A stretch of DNA of 64,000 nucleotides from a virus (lineage: Duplodnaviria > Heunggongvirae > Uroviricota > Caudoviricetes), in the IMG/VR virus record IMGVR_UViG_3300027156_000002; one strand, 5' to 3'. Below, piece by piece: positions 28,189 to 36,902 of the stretch. Below the pieces are notes generated by a model. That model saw nothing but the letters and a program-made list of their open reading frames with translations. It was not told the DNA's origin and ran no database searches. The position numbers and the translations under genes are program-made. The stretch's first letter is position 1. Each line of letters begins with the position of its first letter.

Positions 28189-29231
28189 ACAGCTTTACCT
28201 GCACTCTTTAATGAACTTAATGGATCAGATTGAGAGTCGAACTTATGGGCTTGAGAAGCAAACTTCTTACCATTGTGATAGAAGTGAACAGAGCCACCAC
28301 TGGATTTAACTGTAATATTCTTATGGTCTTTAAGGATATGTTCGTGGTCTTCGCTTGGCTTACTTGTATGGTGTTGAACACCCTTAGCAGTTTGATATGT
28401 TGTATGCTTAATAAAACTGTGCCCCTTTTCTTCTGCAGGAGTCTTATGTGCATGTAGAACTTCACGAATATGTTTAACTACATGGTCGTGGTTATTGTTG
28501 TCTAAGTGGTGCTGCAACTCAGCAGCATGATCGTGAGCAACTTTATGTAAAAGTTCTTTGTTGCGTTTCTTAATATCATCATGCAACTTAGGATCTGCTT
28601 TTGCAATTTCTTTACGCTGGTCTTTATTCTTACCTTTTAATTTAGGATGAGCAGCAAGTATTGCGTCTTGATGATCTTTATAATGCTGTCTGGCTTTTGA
28701 ACCACCAGATTCCATACCAAGACTTGAAGACGGAATGTTTTTACTGGACTTATCGCTGACTTTTAAACTTACGCCATGATGATGTTCTTTACCTGTCTTT
28801 GGATGCTTGGTAGTTACATAAACGTCAGAAGAATCTTCTTTCTGTGTTGCTTTGTGACCAGTTACCTTTTCTGTATCTCCAGGTTTTGAAGTCCAATGCA
28901 CTGCTGAAATCTTATGCCCTTTGTGAGTAGAATCGATATGTGCCTTAATATGATTGGCAGCACTCTCTGCATTTTTAGCGATCTTATCATAATCTTTAGG
29001 GTGAATTTGTTTCTTTAATCTCTCGTGTGCTTGCTCAGGTGTTTCATCGTTTTCATTCTTGTGTTTCTCTAGATGCTTACCACCATTTAAATGTTTGCCG
29101 ACTAATAGTTCGTGCAACACACCTTTAGTGTTATTGGAAACACCACCCTCTTTGGAAGCATCATCAGCTGCTTCGATAAGCAATTCTTCGTAGTATTGTT
29201 CTTCTGCTAAGAACGATTTAAAATTTTTCAT
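28185..29231 (-). CDS. His/Lys-rich capsid-targeting-sequence-bearing internal-head-protein candidate
   Basis: 348 aa. N-terminus MKNFKSFLAE followed by EQ. Extreme His and Lys content (HHHG, HDHAAELQHHLDNNNHDH). Confidence 0.5.
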   Translation of the reverse strand: MKNFKSFLAEEQYYEELLIEAADDASKEGGVSNNTKGVLHELLVGKHLNGGKHLEKHKNENDETPEQAHERLKKQIHPKDYDKIAKNAESAANHIKAHIDSTHKGHKISAVHWTSKPGDTEKVTGHKATQKEDSSDVYVTTKHPKTGKEHHHGVSLKVSDKSSKNIPSSSLGMESGGSKARQHYKDHQDAILAAHPKLKGKNKDQRKEIAKADPKLHDDIKKRNKELLHKVAHDHAAELQHHLDNNNHDHVVKHIREVLHAHKTPAEEKGHSFIKHTTYQTAKGVQHHTSKPSEDHEHILKDHKNITVKSSGGSVHFYHNGKKFASQAHKFDSQSDPLSSLKSAGKAV

Positions 29232-29845
29232 TACTTTACACCCATATGTTTACGTAAGTCGTGATACAATTCTGTTTTATGTTCTGGTTTCATCTGTGAC
29301 GATAGATGAGATTCAAACTTTTTCTGTTCACCAGCTGCAGCGTGACCACGAAGTTTAGTTCCAGAAATACCTTCAGTTCCTTTTGCATTTGGATCACGTT
29401 TACCTGCATTGTGGAACTTTATACTCTTGAAATTGTAATGTCCATGTGGACCTTCTTTTCCATTATACTTTTTAATCAATTCATGCATTGGTTTACGATC
29501 ATCGCCACCAGCAAAGTGTAAATGAGTAACACCTTTTTTGTGCAACTCAGCAGCATGATGAAGAACAGTAGGATGTTCTTTATCAGCTACCTTAACATTG
29601 GTTCCAGGAAATGCTCTCTCTGCATGTTTCTTTTTAACATCAGGTGGTAATGGATTAGATCCGTCTTTAGTTGCATGCGAACCTGATAATACCAATGTAT
29701 GTTCTGCATTATGTTTCTTGGCAGTATCATGCATATGGGTTACGAGTTTCTCATGACCAGCAGTTGGAGGATTCATTCGACCAAAAGCAAGAACATGATG
29801 AACGTCTTTTTCTGATTCTACAATATAAGATTTAAATGTCTTCAT
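29231..29845 (-). CDS. capsid-targeting-sequence-bearing HxGH nucleotidyltransferase-like protein (paralog of 25505..27385 N-domain)
   Basis: 204 aa. N-terminus MKTFKSYIVE followed by SE. AFGRMNPPTAGHEKLV motif. His-rich. Confidence 0.5.
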   Translation of the reverse strand: MKTFKSYIVESEKDVHHVLAFGRMNPPTAGHEKLVTHMHDTAKKHNAEHTLVLSGSHATKDGSNPLPPDVKKKHAERAFPGTNVKVADKEHPTVLHHAAELHKKGVTHLHFAGGDDRKPMHELIKKYNGKEGPHGHYNFKSIKFHNAGKRDPNAKGTEGISGTKLRGHAAAGEQKKFESHLSSQMKPEHKTELYHDLRKHMGVK

Positions 29846-31035
29846 TTTCTTGGCTTTAATAAGTTGGCTTTACTGAATTCTGCACGATTAACAATTTTAG
29901 ATGGTTCTTGTTTACCTTTGTGCGTATAATTTATAACATATCCCTCAGGATCTGTTTTCTTATCTCCAATATGATGCTCAAGACCGCCAGTATGCTGGTT
30001 TAAATTCTTAACTAAAAGGTTTTTACCTTGCTGTAAATGCTGATGCATTTTAAATAGATTCTCATAATGCTCTTTATTTTTCTCAACATGCGCAGCGTGA
30101 CCAGAACCAAGATTACGCTGAGCAGTTTGTCCCTTCTCAGACTTTAGTTTAGACGCTTTCTTTTCATAAACATCCTGAATATGTTTAATGAATCCTTTTG
30201 CGTTTGGTTTTGTATCTTTGCGAACTGTTTGATTGATGTAAGTTCCCAAATGTCCAGCATCACCTTTGTGTTCTGGATGGATCGCACCATACATCTTATC
30301 GCCGTGTTTATCATGAATATCTTTTGCAGCATTCATGTGGCTTTGGAATCTTTTCTGATCTGCTTGAGTATATTTAACTTTGCTAGTATCATGCTCGGCA
30401 CCAGCAAGATGCACATCTTTGTGTTGACCAAAACTTTTCATATCAGGATGAGGAGTTGCTTTCATCGAAGCAAAATCTTTACCCTCATATTTTTGGTGAA
30501 CAACTAACCCAAATTTAGATTGGGCTGTTTTCTTGGCTTCATCGCCATGCGCAGTATACTTAATTGTATTTGGTGTATAAGAAGCAGTTCCCTTCTTCTC
30601 ATCATATTTAACATCACCCTCAGAGTGCATAACGTCACCCTGATATACACCTTGCTTAGGTGCAACCTTTGGTAGATGTTTTAGAGCATGCTTTAATTTT
30701 TCTGCGAGACCTGGAGCATGACCATGGTTCTTGTCAATGTCCTTAGCAGTATAGTTGATTTTTGGGTTTTTATTGAACGCTGACTTGGAAGCAACAAAGA
30801 ATTTTCCAGTTTCTGGATGCTTTCCAAAAACCAATGATGGCGATCCGTCATATTTCATGGTCAGATCGCTGGATTGTTTCCCAGCTTTAATGTGTTCATG
30901 TCCATGGTTTAGTGCACCAAGAGCATGTTCGAACCCTGAAGAACCATGGAATAGAGGGCGATCCTCTACATGATGGATGTGCTTCAGTTTCTCTTCTTCG
31001 GTTTCTTCTTTAAGGAATGTTTGGAACGACTTCAT
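29842..31035 (-). CDS. capsid-targeting-sequence-bearing protein with KxDG nucleotidyltransferase (ligase/capping-type) motif
   Basis: Start re-assigned to the 2nd ATG (MKSFQTFLKE followed by ETEE), which aligns residue-by-residue with T4 MKTYQEFIAE. TMKYDGSPSLVF resembles ligase motif I. Confidence 0.5.
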   Translation of the reverse strand: MKSFQTFLKEETEEEKLKHIHHVEDRPLFHGSSGFEHALGALNHGHEHIKAGKQSSDLTMKYDGSPSLVFGKHPETGKFFVASKSAFNKNPKINYTAKDIDKNHGHAPGLAEKLKHALKHLPKVAPKQGVYQGDVMHSEGDVKYDEKKGTASYTPNTIKYTAHGDEAKKTAQSKFGLVVHQKYEGKDFASMKATPHPDMKSFGQHKDVHLAGAEHDTSKVKYTQADQKRFQSHMNAAKDIHDKHGDKMYGAIHPEHKGDAGHLGTYINQTVRKDTKPNAKGFIKHIQDVYEKKASKLKSEKGQTAQRNLGSGHAAHVEKNKEHYENLFKMHQHLQQGKNLLVKNLNQHTGGLEHHIGDKKTDPEGYVINYTHKGKQEPSKIVNRAEFSKANLLKPRK

Positions 31036-31049
31036 TTTACCCATCTATA

Positions 31050-31120
31050 CAGTTATTATACCCTACTTTTACAATAAAGTAAAGCATTATTTTAGTAACC
31101 CTACGTTCTGAAGGGTTATT
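31050..31120 (-). promoter_or_regulatory. PeSL-like cassette 3: promoter (-35 rc 31078-31083 TTTACT, -10 rc 31055-31060 TATAAT) plus stem-loop 31098-31118
   Basis: Read directly. Sits immediately upstream of the capsid-targeting-sequence gene cluster. Confidence 0.65.
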
Positions 31121-31152
31121 TTAATCCATTGAAAACAATGACTTACAGAGGT

Positions 31153-31160
31153 ATTTATAA
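31153..31160 (-). promoter_or_regulatory. T4-type late promoter core TATAAATA (minus strand)
   Basis: Plus-strand TATTTATA at 31153-31160 is the only exact occurrence found in the window. It lies upstream of PeSL-3 and the internal-protein block. Confidence 0.4.
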
Positions 31161-31164
31161 AAGT

Positions 31165-31983
31165 CTATGAAGCGAATGCTTTAAGTAGAGACTGATTGTC
31201 AGTTAAGCTGTAAGCTGTTCTATTAATAGTGACGTTATTTTGGGATGTAATGGGTGCTAGGTTATAGAGAGATTTTCTTAGGTTTGAAAATTCTAAAGTC
31301 ATAACGAACTGGTAATCGCCACCACCCTTTGGCTGGCATCTAGTTCTGATTCTAGCTGATGTGCAGTTTGAGAAATCTTCGATCTTCTTGGTTAGCTTGG
31401 CATTCAATTTTAACGGATCGAATTTATTCATTAAATAGAACCCATGAGTACCTACATTGATGTAGTAGGTTTTCTTCTTATTGTAGTAGTCACAGATAGC
31501 CTTAGCTGGGACTGTTATGTGGACCTCGTTCTCACCCTTATAACTTTGTATATCAATTTCATACGCTTTGCGTTTGTCTTTAATACCACCAGTAAGTATT
31601 TTTCTACCAGCTTGGTCATTCTGTAGAATAGGAACTTTACTTCTCCACTTCTCACCAGCAGTACCCGATACATTCATTTCTTGGAGAAGGTTGTATTGAG
31701 TTGCGATATCTCGCATCATGATTTTCTCAGGATCGCCTTTAAGGTCTTCAGCGAATGCCCACTTACCGTTGTAGTATTTTAATACTAGAGATCCTGCTGC
31801 AGTTGGGGATATCTTTAACTCACATCCTGTTGATGTTGATATACTTTTAGTGACGATAGAAAGATCTGGTTTATCGTGCGATGCGCCAGCTGGATCACCT
31901 ACAGTGATTTTGTATTCTTTCAATACGTTATGTGCGTTTCTCTCGTAATCGAAACCTTTTTGTGCCATGGGAACCCCGTACAA
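31165..31983 (-). CDS. hypothetical protein (possible PD-(D/E)xK-like fold)
   Basis: 272 aa. Weak D...EIDIQSYK motif only. Confidence 0.4.
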   Translation of the reverse strand: MYGVPMAQKGFDYERNAHNVLKEYKITVGDPAGASHDKPDLSIVTKSISTSTGCELKISPTAAGSLVLKYYNGKWAFAEDLKGDPEKIMMRDIATQYNLLQEMNVSGTAGEKWRSKVPILQNDQAGRKILTGGIKDKRKAYEIDIQSYKGENEVHITVPAKAICDYYNKKKTYYINVGTHGFYLMNKFDPLKLNAKLTKKIEDFSNCTSARIRTRCQPKGGGDYQFVMTLEFSNLRKSLYNLAPITSQNNVTINRTAYSLTDNQSLLKAFAS

Positions 31984-31994
31984 TAATTATTGTA

Positions 31995-32762
31995 CTATTT
32001 AGGTCTGCGCTGTCTACGAATAACTTTCTCGTATTTGCGATCCCACTTACCGATCTGGTCAATGATCTTTCTTGGAGATTCATTGTTTCGGAAGTCGTAG
32101 TCGAATGTCTTGAGGAAATAGTGGAGGGTTTTTGAATCGCGAGATTTCTTGCAGCGATTTAGTAGCGTATTAATATCTACGTTTGGTCTTAGTACTTTGA
32201 AGTCTAGGTATACACAATGAGCATATGCTTGTATCTCATCGAACTCAGAAAGGTACTTTCTTTCTGCGTCTTTTTTGGCTATACCAACTTTCTTATAAGG
32301 AACAACATAATTGCTCCATGTATCATCACGTCTATCATATTGCATGAAGTGAATTATCTCATGCATCAAAGTTTGCAATAAACGAAACTTAAACTTTTCC
32401 CAAACTTGGTCATTGAAATTAAATGTATCAAATTTGGTTGTATGTATTATTAAAAGTGACTGTCTATTTTCTGGATCATACTCACCACCAATACAAACAT
32501 ACTTCTCAGTCCAACTAGCCTTAGACTTCTCTTCTCTCCATACAACTTTAGTTCGCCACTTTTTAAGATAGTTGGCTAAACCTTTTGAATCGTTTCTATA
32601 CTTGTCTAGATCCTTGAGGACTTTTGCTGGAACAAGTTTAGCCCTAAATGGACGCTCATAAAAATTGAGCATGTCCATCCAGTCGGAGTTATAATTTTCC
32701 AGGAACTTCATATTCAGCCCTATTTGATAAAAGGAACTGGCTCCTGCATACCCCTTTCCCAA
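31995..32762 (-). CDS. HExxH zinc-metallopeptidase-like protein
   Basis: 255 aa. HEIIHFMQYD motif. Confidence 0.45.
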   Translation of the reverse strand: MGKGYAGASSFYQIGLNMKFLENYNSDWMDMLNFYERPFRAKLVPAKVLKDLDKYRNDSKGLANYLKKWRTKVVWREEKSKASWTEKYVCIGGEYDPENRQSLLIIHTTKFDTFNFNDQVWEKFKFRLLQTLMHEIIHFMQYDRRDDTWSNYVVPYKKVGIAKKDAERKYLSEFDEIQAYAHCVYLDFKVLRPNVDINTLLNRCKKSRDSKTLHYFLKTFDYDFRNNESPRKIIDQIGKWDRKYEKVIRRQRRPK

Positions 32763-33172
32763 AAATACAACTCAACAGTTTGGGGTAACAGTTTGCGCAT
32801 CCCTCTCAGTACTTTTTTGTTGTCTTCATAATGTCGTTGTATACCCAATTCAAGCACCCTTTCGGACTTAAATCGGACTACATTTTCAACAGTTCTGGTA
32901 TTATCTAGAAGATGGAAGGAAATTACTCTTCCACCATAATATTTATTCAGCCAGTCTTTTGTGATTGTATGTATTCTTGGCTCTCGTTTTCTTGCAGAAA
33001 TGGCGTAAAATTGGGTCTCAACTGGCTCTATAAGTTTCTCGGCATTCTCGTACCAATCGTACAAAAAGTCCTTCCTAGCCTTTCTTTGAACCCCATTCAT
33101 TTTACCCCACTTCATTTCGGATGGCGGTGGCTGAGCAGCCAGAACCCCATCGATGTCATAAGAAACTATCAT
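32720..33172 (-). CDS. HAD-superfamily 5'(3')-deoxyribonucleotidase-like protein
   Basis: 150 aa. N-terminal DIDGVL motif (DxDG[TV]) of HAD phosphatases. Confidence 0.5.
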   Translation of the reverse strand: MIVSYDIDGVLAAQPPPSEMKWGKMNGVQRKARKDFLYDWYENAEKLIEPVETQFYAISARKREPRIHTITKDWLNKYYGGRVISFHLLDNTRTVENVVRFKSERVLELGIQRHYEDNKKVLRGMRKLLPQTVELYFWERGMQEPVPFIK

Positions 33173-34176
33173 AGGATTAATGGATCAACCTTTCCAGTCT
33201 TTTCTACAACAGCTTTCTGCTTTTCCCAGATATTTCTACGGACTTCCTCTGGGAATGACGCAAACTTATCCAACTCCATTTTGGTATCTGTAGGGAAACA
33301 CCAATTCAAACCATTGTTACCTTTCGGTGCGCAGACAGGAATACCTGCATAAAGAGCATGATATGCACGACCAGTTCTCCAACCAGACTTCTTATGTTTA
33401 TCGTCATAGACAGCTAGACAGCCATAGAACTGTTGATAGAACTTTCTACGATCTCTTTGCTGTGGGTTTGGTAGAATCTCAAGTGCTTCAAAATCATCCC
33501 ATTCAGCTTCTTTACCTGCAACTTGAAGACAACGTGAAGAAGTAAACTCTTTGAAGTATTTGGTTCTGCCATTTGGTCTACCAATGTAAACCACCTTCTC
33601 AATATTACCTGGATGAAATTCAGCAAACTCCATACCAGATGCCATGGGTAAATCAACAGTTGTAGTTCCGATAGGACACTTCAGGATAGTTGCAACTTCA
33701 TTACACTCAGTCGCATTGGCTGCAATAGTCCAACGTGACCAATCTTCATCAGGTAACAACTCCCAAAGGAATGGAAGATCTGGATCGTCATTCAAAAAGA
33801 TGATGCGACCCTTATGTGCTTTAATCATCTCAACAGTTTTATCCCAGTACTTCTGATAGAACTGCAAATTAGTTCCACCAAACTCAAGCATGAGAACATC
33901 ACAATCTTGATATGTGTCAAATGTTTCAAACCCATCATCTTTGGTTGCATCAGTTGCTTCTGATAGTGGAATGATTCGATGACCAAAATCAAGCATGTTC
34001 TTGAACAGAGCAACACGTTTCTCTACCCATGCTCCACGAACACCATTCTCTTTGTTGGTCAAACCAATCTTACCAGAAACTCTGCGATAACCAATTTTAG
34101 TTCCAGTATTGCTAGAGTTCTTTGAATAGAACCACTCTAACAACCTTTCTTCACCTAGAAACTCATGTAGTGACAT
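33169..34176 (-). CDS. glycosyltransferase-like protein with recalled similarity to T4 DNA beta-glucosyltransferase C-terminal half
   Basis: 335 aa. The VVYIGRPNGRTKYFKEF...YGCLAVYDDKHKKSGWRTGRAYHALYAGIPV blocks resemble BGT DVIYGGSFRSGQRE...IGDKNY..TLRVWETMASD. This is recall-based and not computed. Confidence 0.4.
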   Translation of the reverse strand: MSLHEFLGEERLLEWFYSKNSSNTGTKIGYRRVSGKIGLTNKENGVRGAWVEKRVALFKNMLDFGHRIIPLSEATDATKDDGFETFDTYQDCDVLMLEFGGTNLQFYQKYWDKTVEMIKAHKGRIIFLNDDPDLPFLWELLPDEDWSRWTIAANATECNEVATILKCPIGTTTVDLPMASGMEFAEFHPGNIEKVVYIGRPNGRTKYFKEFTSSRCLQVAGKEAEWDDFEALEILPNPQQRDRRKFYQQFYGCLAVYDDKHKKSGWRTGRAYHALYAGIPVCAPKGNNGLNWCFPTDTKMELDKFASFPEEVRRNIWEKQKAVVEKTGKVDPLIL

Positions 34177-34184
34177 AATAAACC

Positions 34185-35486
34185 TTACGCAAAAAATTCA
34201 TCAAGTGATCCAGACTTCATTGATTCTGGATGATATTTAATTAGGATTTCATCTCCAAGTTTTTCACGACAATAGTCGTACCACTCGTCAGAAGTCCACA
34301 TACCTTCGGAAACACCATTCCAAAGTTTACGTTGCATCGGATGTTCAGGATTCTTGCGACGTTGTTCAACGAAGTCATAACGACAGTTCTCATATTCCCA
34401 AGAACCCAACTCAAGCATCTTCTCACGGAAGTAGCAAACCAAACTGATACGCTCAGAACCTTCTTCACAAACGATAGGAGTGTTGCCATGCATAACATCA
34501 TGGTTGTTAATCAATAGCAAGTCGCCTGGACGTGGATTAACAGCAACACGATACTCAGGTGCAATCAAATAACCACCACTGTAACGTCCATCATTTGACA
34601 AAGTTAGTAGATTTGAAAGACCACTATTTAAATCGCCAACGTCATAGTGAGCAGCAGTTCTGAATGTTTTATTCACAGTAACAGTTGTGAATGGAGTTCC
34701 AGGAACTAGGAAACGAGGATCAACTTGTCTCGCTGCTTTCATCTGTGCTTCATAACGCTGTGGTAGTAGATCCCTAAAACCATTTGACAATGTTTGTAGG
34801 AATGGGTAAGCAAGTGCAAACTTCTCAGGATTCTTGGCAGTGTAAGATGTTGCACGACCATAAGGAATGCGAGGATAACGATCGAACCAACCTGCGATGC
34901 CAGAATAAACTGAGTTAGCGTAAGTGGTTGCACAAATCAATTCATCAGCAACAAAGTTTGCTTCTTTAATTTGTTCTTGTCGTGGAAGTGTACGCACTTT
35001 CTCAACCCACTGATCGAAATTAAAATTGGTTGACTTAGTTCTTTCAATCGACCAAACATTATTGCGATTAGATGGAGTAGGTGGTTTACCCTTATAGCGT
35101 TTGATAATATCTTCTACAGGATCTCCTGCAAGACCAGAGTATGGGTCAAGGAAGTATTCAACCATCTCAGATTCATACTCAGTAACCCATTCACGATTAC
35201 CCAACTTCTCACCACGTGGACCTGCTGCTGCGCCACGATTCTGTGTTTCAGTTGCAGCTTCACGAAGACCTGCATACGCTTGGTCTTGTTGTTCTTTGGT
35301 GAAGAAGTTCTTACGGAACTTCAATACAATCCTGTCTTCATTGATAGGATCTTCACCATAAGGTGCTGGCATATAAACATCAGTATCTTCTTCGATAAGA
35401 TGGTCGTAATGATTCTCGTCAACGAATTGACCAATCAAATGTTTACAATCAATCTTTTTATCAGCGACAATAACTTTAACTGTCAT
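34185..35486 (-). CDS. Fe(II)/2-oxoglutarate dioxygenase (P4H/AlkB-type 2OG-FeII_Oxy C-terminal domain) with large N-terminal domain
   Basis: 433 aa. HYDVGD (HxD)...LTLSNDG..GGYL...PRPGDLLLINNHDVMHGNTP (distal His)...ERISLVCYF (RxS) read directly. Confidence 0.65.
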   Translation of the reverse strand: MTVKVIVADKKIDCKHLIGQFVDENHYDHLIEEDTDVYMPAPYGEDPINEDRIVLKFRKNFFTKEQQDQAYAGLREAATETQNRGAAAGPRGEKLGNREWVTEYESEMVEYFLDPYSGLAGDPVEDIIKRYKGKPPTPSNRNNVWSIERTKSTNFNFDQWVEKVRTLPRQEQIKEANFVADELICATTYANSVYSGIAGWFDRYPRIPYGRATSYTAKNPEKFALAYPFLQTLSNGFRDLLPQRYEAQMKAARQVDPRFLVPGTPFTTVTVNKTFRTAAHYDVGDLNSGLSNLLTLSNDGRYSGGYLIAPEYRVAVNPRPGDLLLINNHDVMHGNTPIVCEEGSERISLVCYFREKMLELGSWEYENCRYDFVEQRRKNPEHPMQRKLWNGVSEGMWTSDEWYDYCREKLGDEILIKYHPESMKSGSLDEFFA

Positions 35487-35495
35487 TTCTCTCTC

Positions 35496-36902
35496 CTAAA
35501 ACTTAAATCCACTAAACTCGTTCTCACTATGTAGTCGTTTACCAAAATCTGATTTATCAAACAATGGTTCGTCTTTTTCTTTAGTTCCAACATCTGATAG
35601 CCCTGCTTGCGCAGAAACTTCAACATCATATAACTTCATTTTAGATCTATCGATACCAACGACAAACCTCTTGTAGAAATTTGGGTCGTTGTAACGATTC
35701 TTCAACTGCTTAACGATAATCTGATTCAACTGCTCAAGTTCTTCATTACTCACAAGTGCGAACATGAAATCAGCTGTCGCAGGGAGTCCAAAAGATTCTG
35801 AAGTGTCCTCAAGTCCTGGGTCTGAGTTTGTAAATCCAGATCGAGTTGTTTGAGTTGCACTAACAATAGGTACGTTGTATTCAACTGCCAGTCCCCTTAG
35901 TTCTTCAGCGATAGCCTTAATATATGTATAAGAGTTTACACCATGGGTTTGTTTCATTCTAGATGAAGCACAGATATTCAGATAGTCAATAAAGATAATA
36001 TCTGGAGCAAACTCTCTCTTAAGTTTTAACTCTTCCAACAAAGCACGGAAGTGACCAGCATGAGCACCTGCAGTTGGATACTCTTTGACAATCAGTGTTC
36101 CCTGTGTTTTTGTAGCAATCTTCTGTAGACGTGAATCAAAGATATCCCGATCAACAACTTTCAATTCATCCATGGTTAGGTTAAGTAAGTTTGCATCGAT
36201 ACGTTCAGCGATACGTTCTTCAGCCATCTCCATTGTTATGTATAAAACATTTTTACCCTGCATAAGAACACTGGCTCCAACGTGACACATAAACAACGAT
36301 TTACCAACACCTGTTCCTGCCAAAGCAATGTTCAAAGTTTTCTTACTGAGTCCACCTTTGGTGATTTTGTTGAACATCTCAAGATCGAAAGCAATTTTCT
36401 CTTCCACCCTGTGATAAAAATCATACCTATCATTAGCATCCTGAATGTAATCATGACCAACATGATTATCAAAGCAAACACCAAGTGCTTCACTAAGAAT
36501 AGTAGGTATCGCATCTTGTTGATGCACTTTGTCCCTACCATCGATAATTTGAATTGATTTAAGAATCGCATTATAAACTGCCCTGTCTTTACAAAACTTT
36601 TCAGTCTGACCAATCAACCATTCTTCATTAGGTTCTTTATTAGTCAACTGTTTGGCATATTCTTGGAACTCAGGAACTTCTTTGTCAGTTAGCCCTTTGA
36701 TATTGCCAATCTCAATAGCCAGAATCTCAGGTGATGCTGGCTTATTATACTGCTCAAAAAACTCAACTAAGATTTTAGCGATAGCACTTTCTTTACGATC
36801 TGCAAAATACTCAGTCTTTAAATGAGGAACTGCCTTACGACAGAACTCCTCATTGTGAATCAGGTTCGATAGGATCGCCTGTTCTATTCTCATCAACACC
36901 AC
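35496..36902 (-). CDS. 41: replicative DNA helicase (DnaB family, T4 gp41)
   Basis: 468 aa. Walker A GTGVGKS and collinear similarity to T4 gp41 recalled. Confidence 0.9.
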   Translation of the reverse strand: MVLMRIEQAILSNLIHNEEFCRKAVPHLKTEYFADRKESAIAKILVEFFEQYNKPASPEILAIEIGNIKGLTDKEVPEFQEYAKQLTNKEPNEEWLIGQTEKFCKDRAVYNAILKSIQIIDGRDKVHQQDAIPTILSEALGVCFDNHVGHDYIQDANDRYDFYHRVEEKIAFDLEMFNKITKGGLSKKTLNIALAGTGVGKSLFMCHVGASVLMQGKNVLYITMEMAEERIAERIDANLLNLTMDELKVVDRDIFDSRLQKIATKTQGTLIVKEYPTAGAHAGHFRALLEELKLKREFAPDIIFIDYLNICASSRMKQTHGVNSYTYIKAIAEELRGLAVEYNVPIVSATQTTRSGFTNSDPGLEDTSESFGLPATADFMFALVSNEELEQLNQIIVKQLKNRYNDPNFYKRFVVGIDRSKMKLYDVEVSAQAGLSDVGTKEKDEPLFDKSDFGKRLHSENEFSGFKF

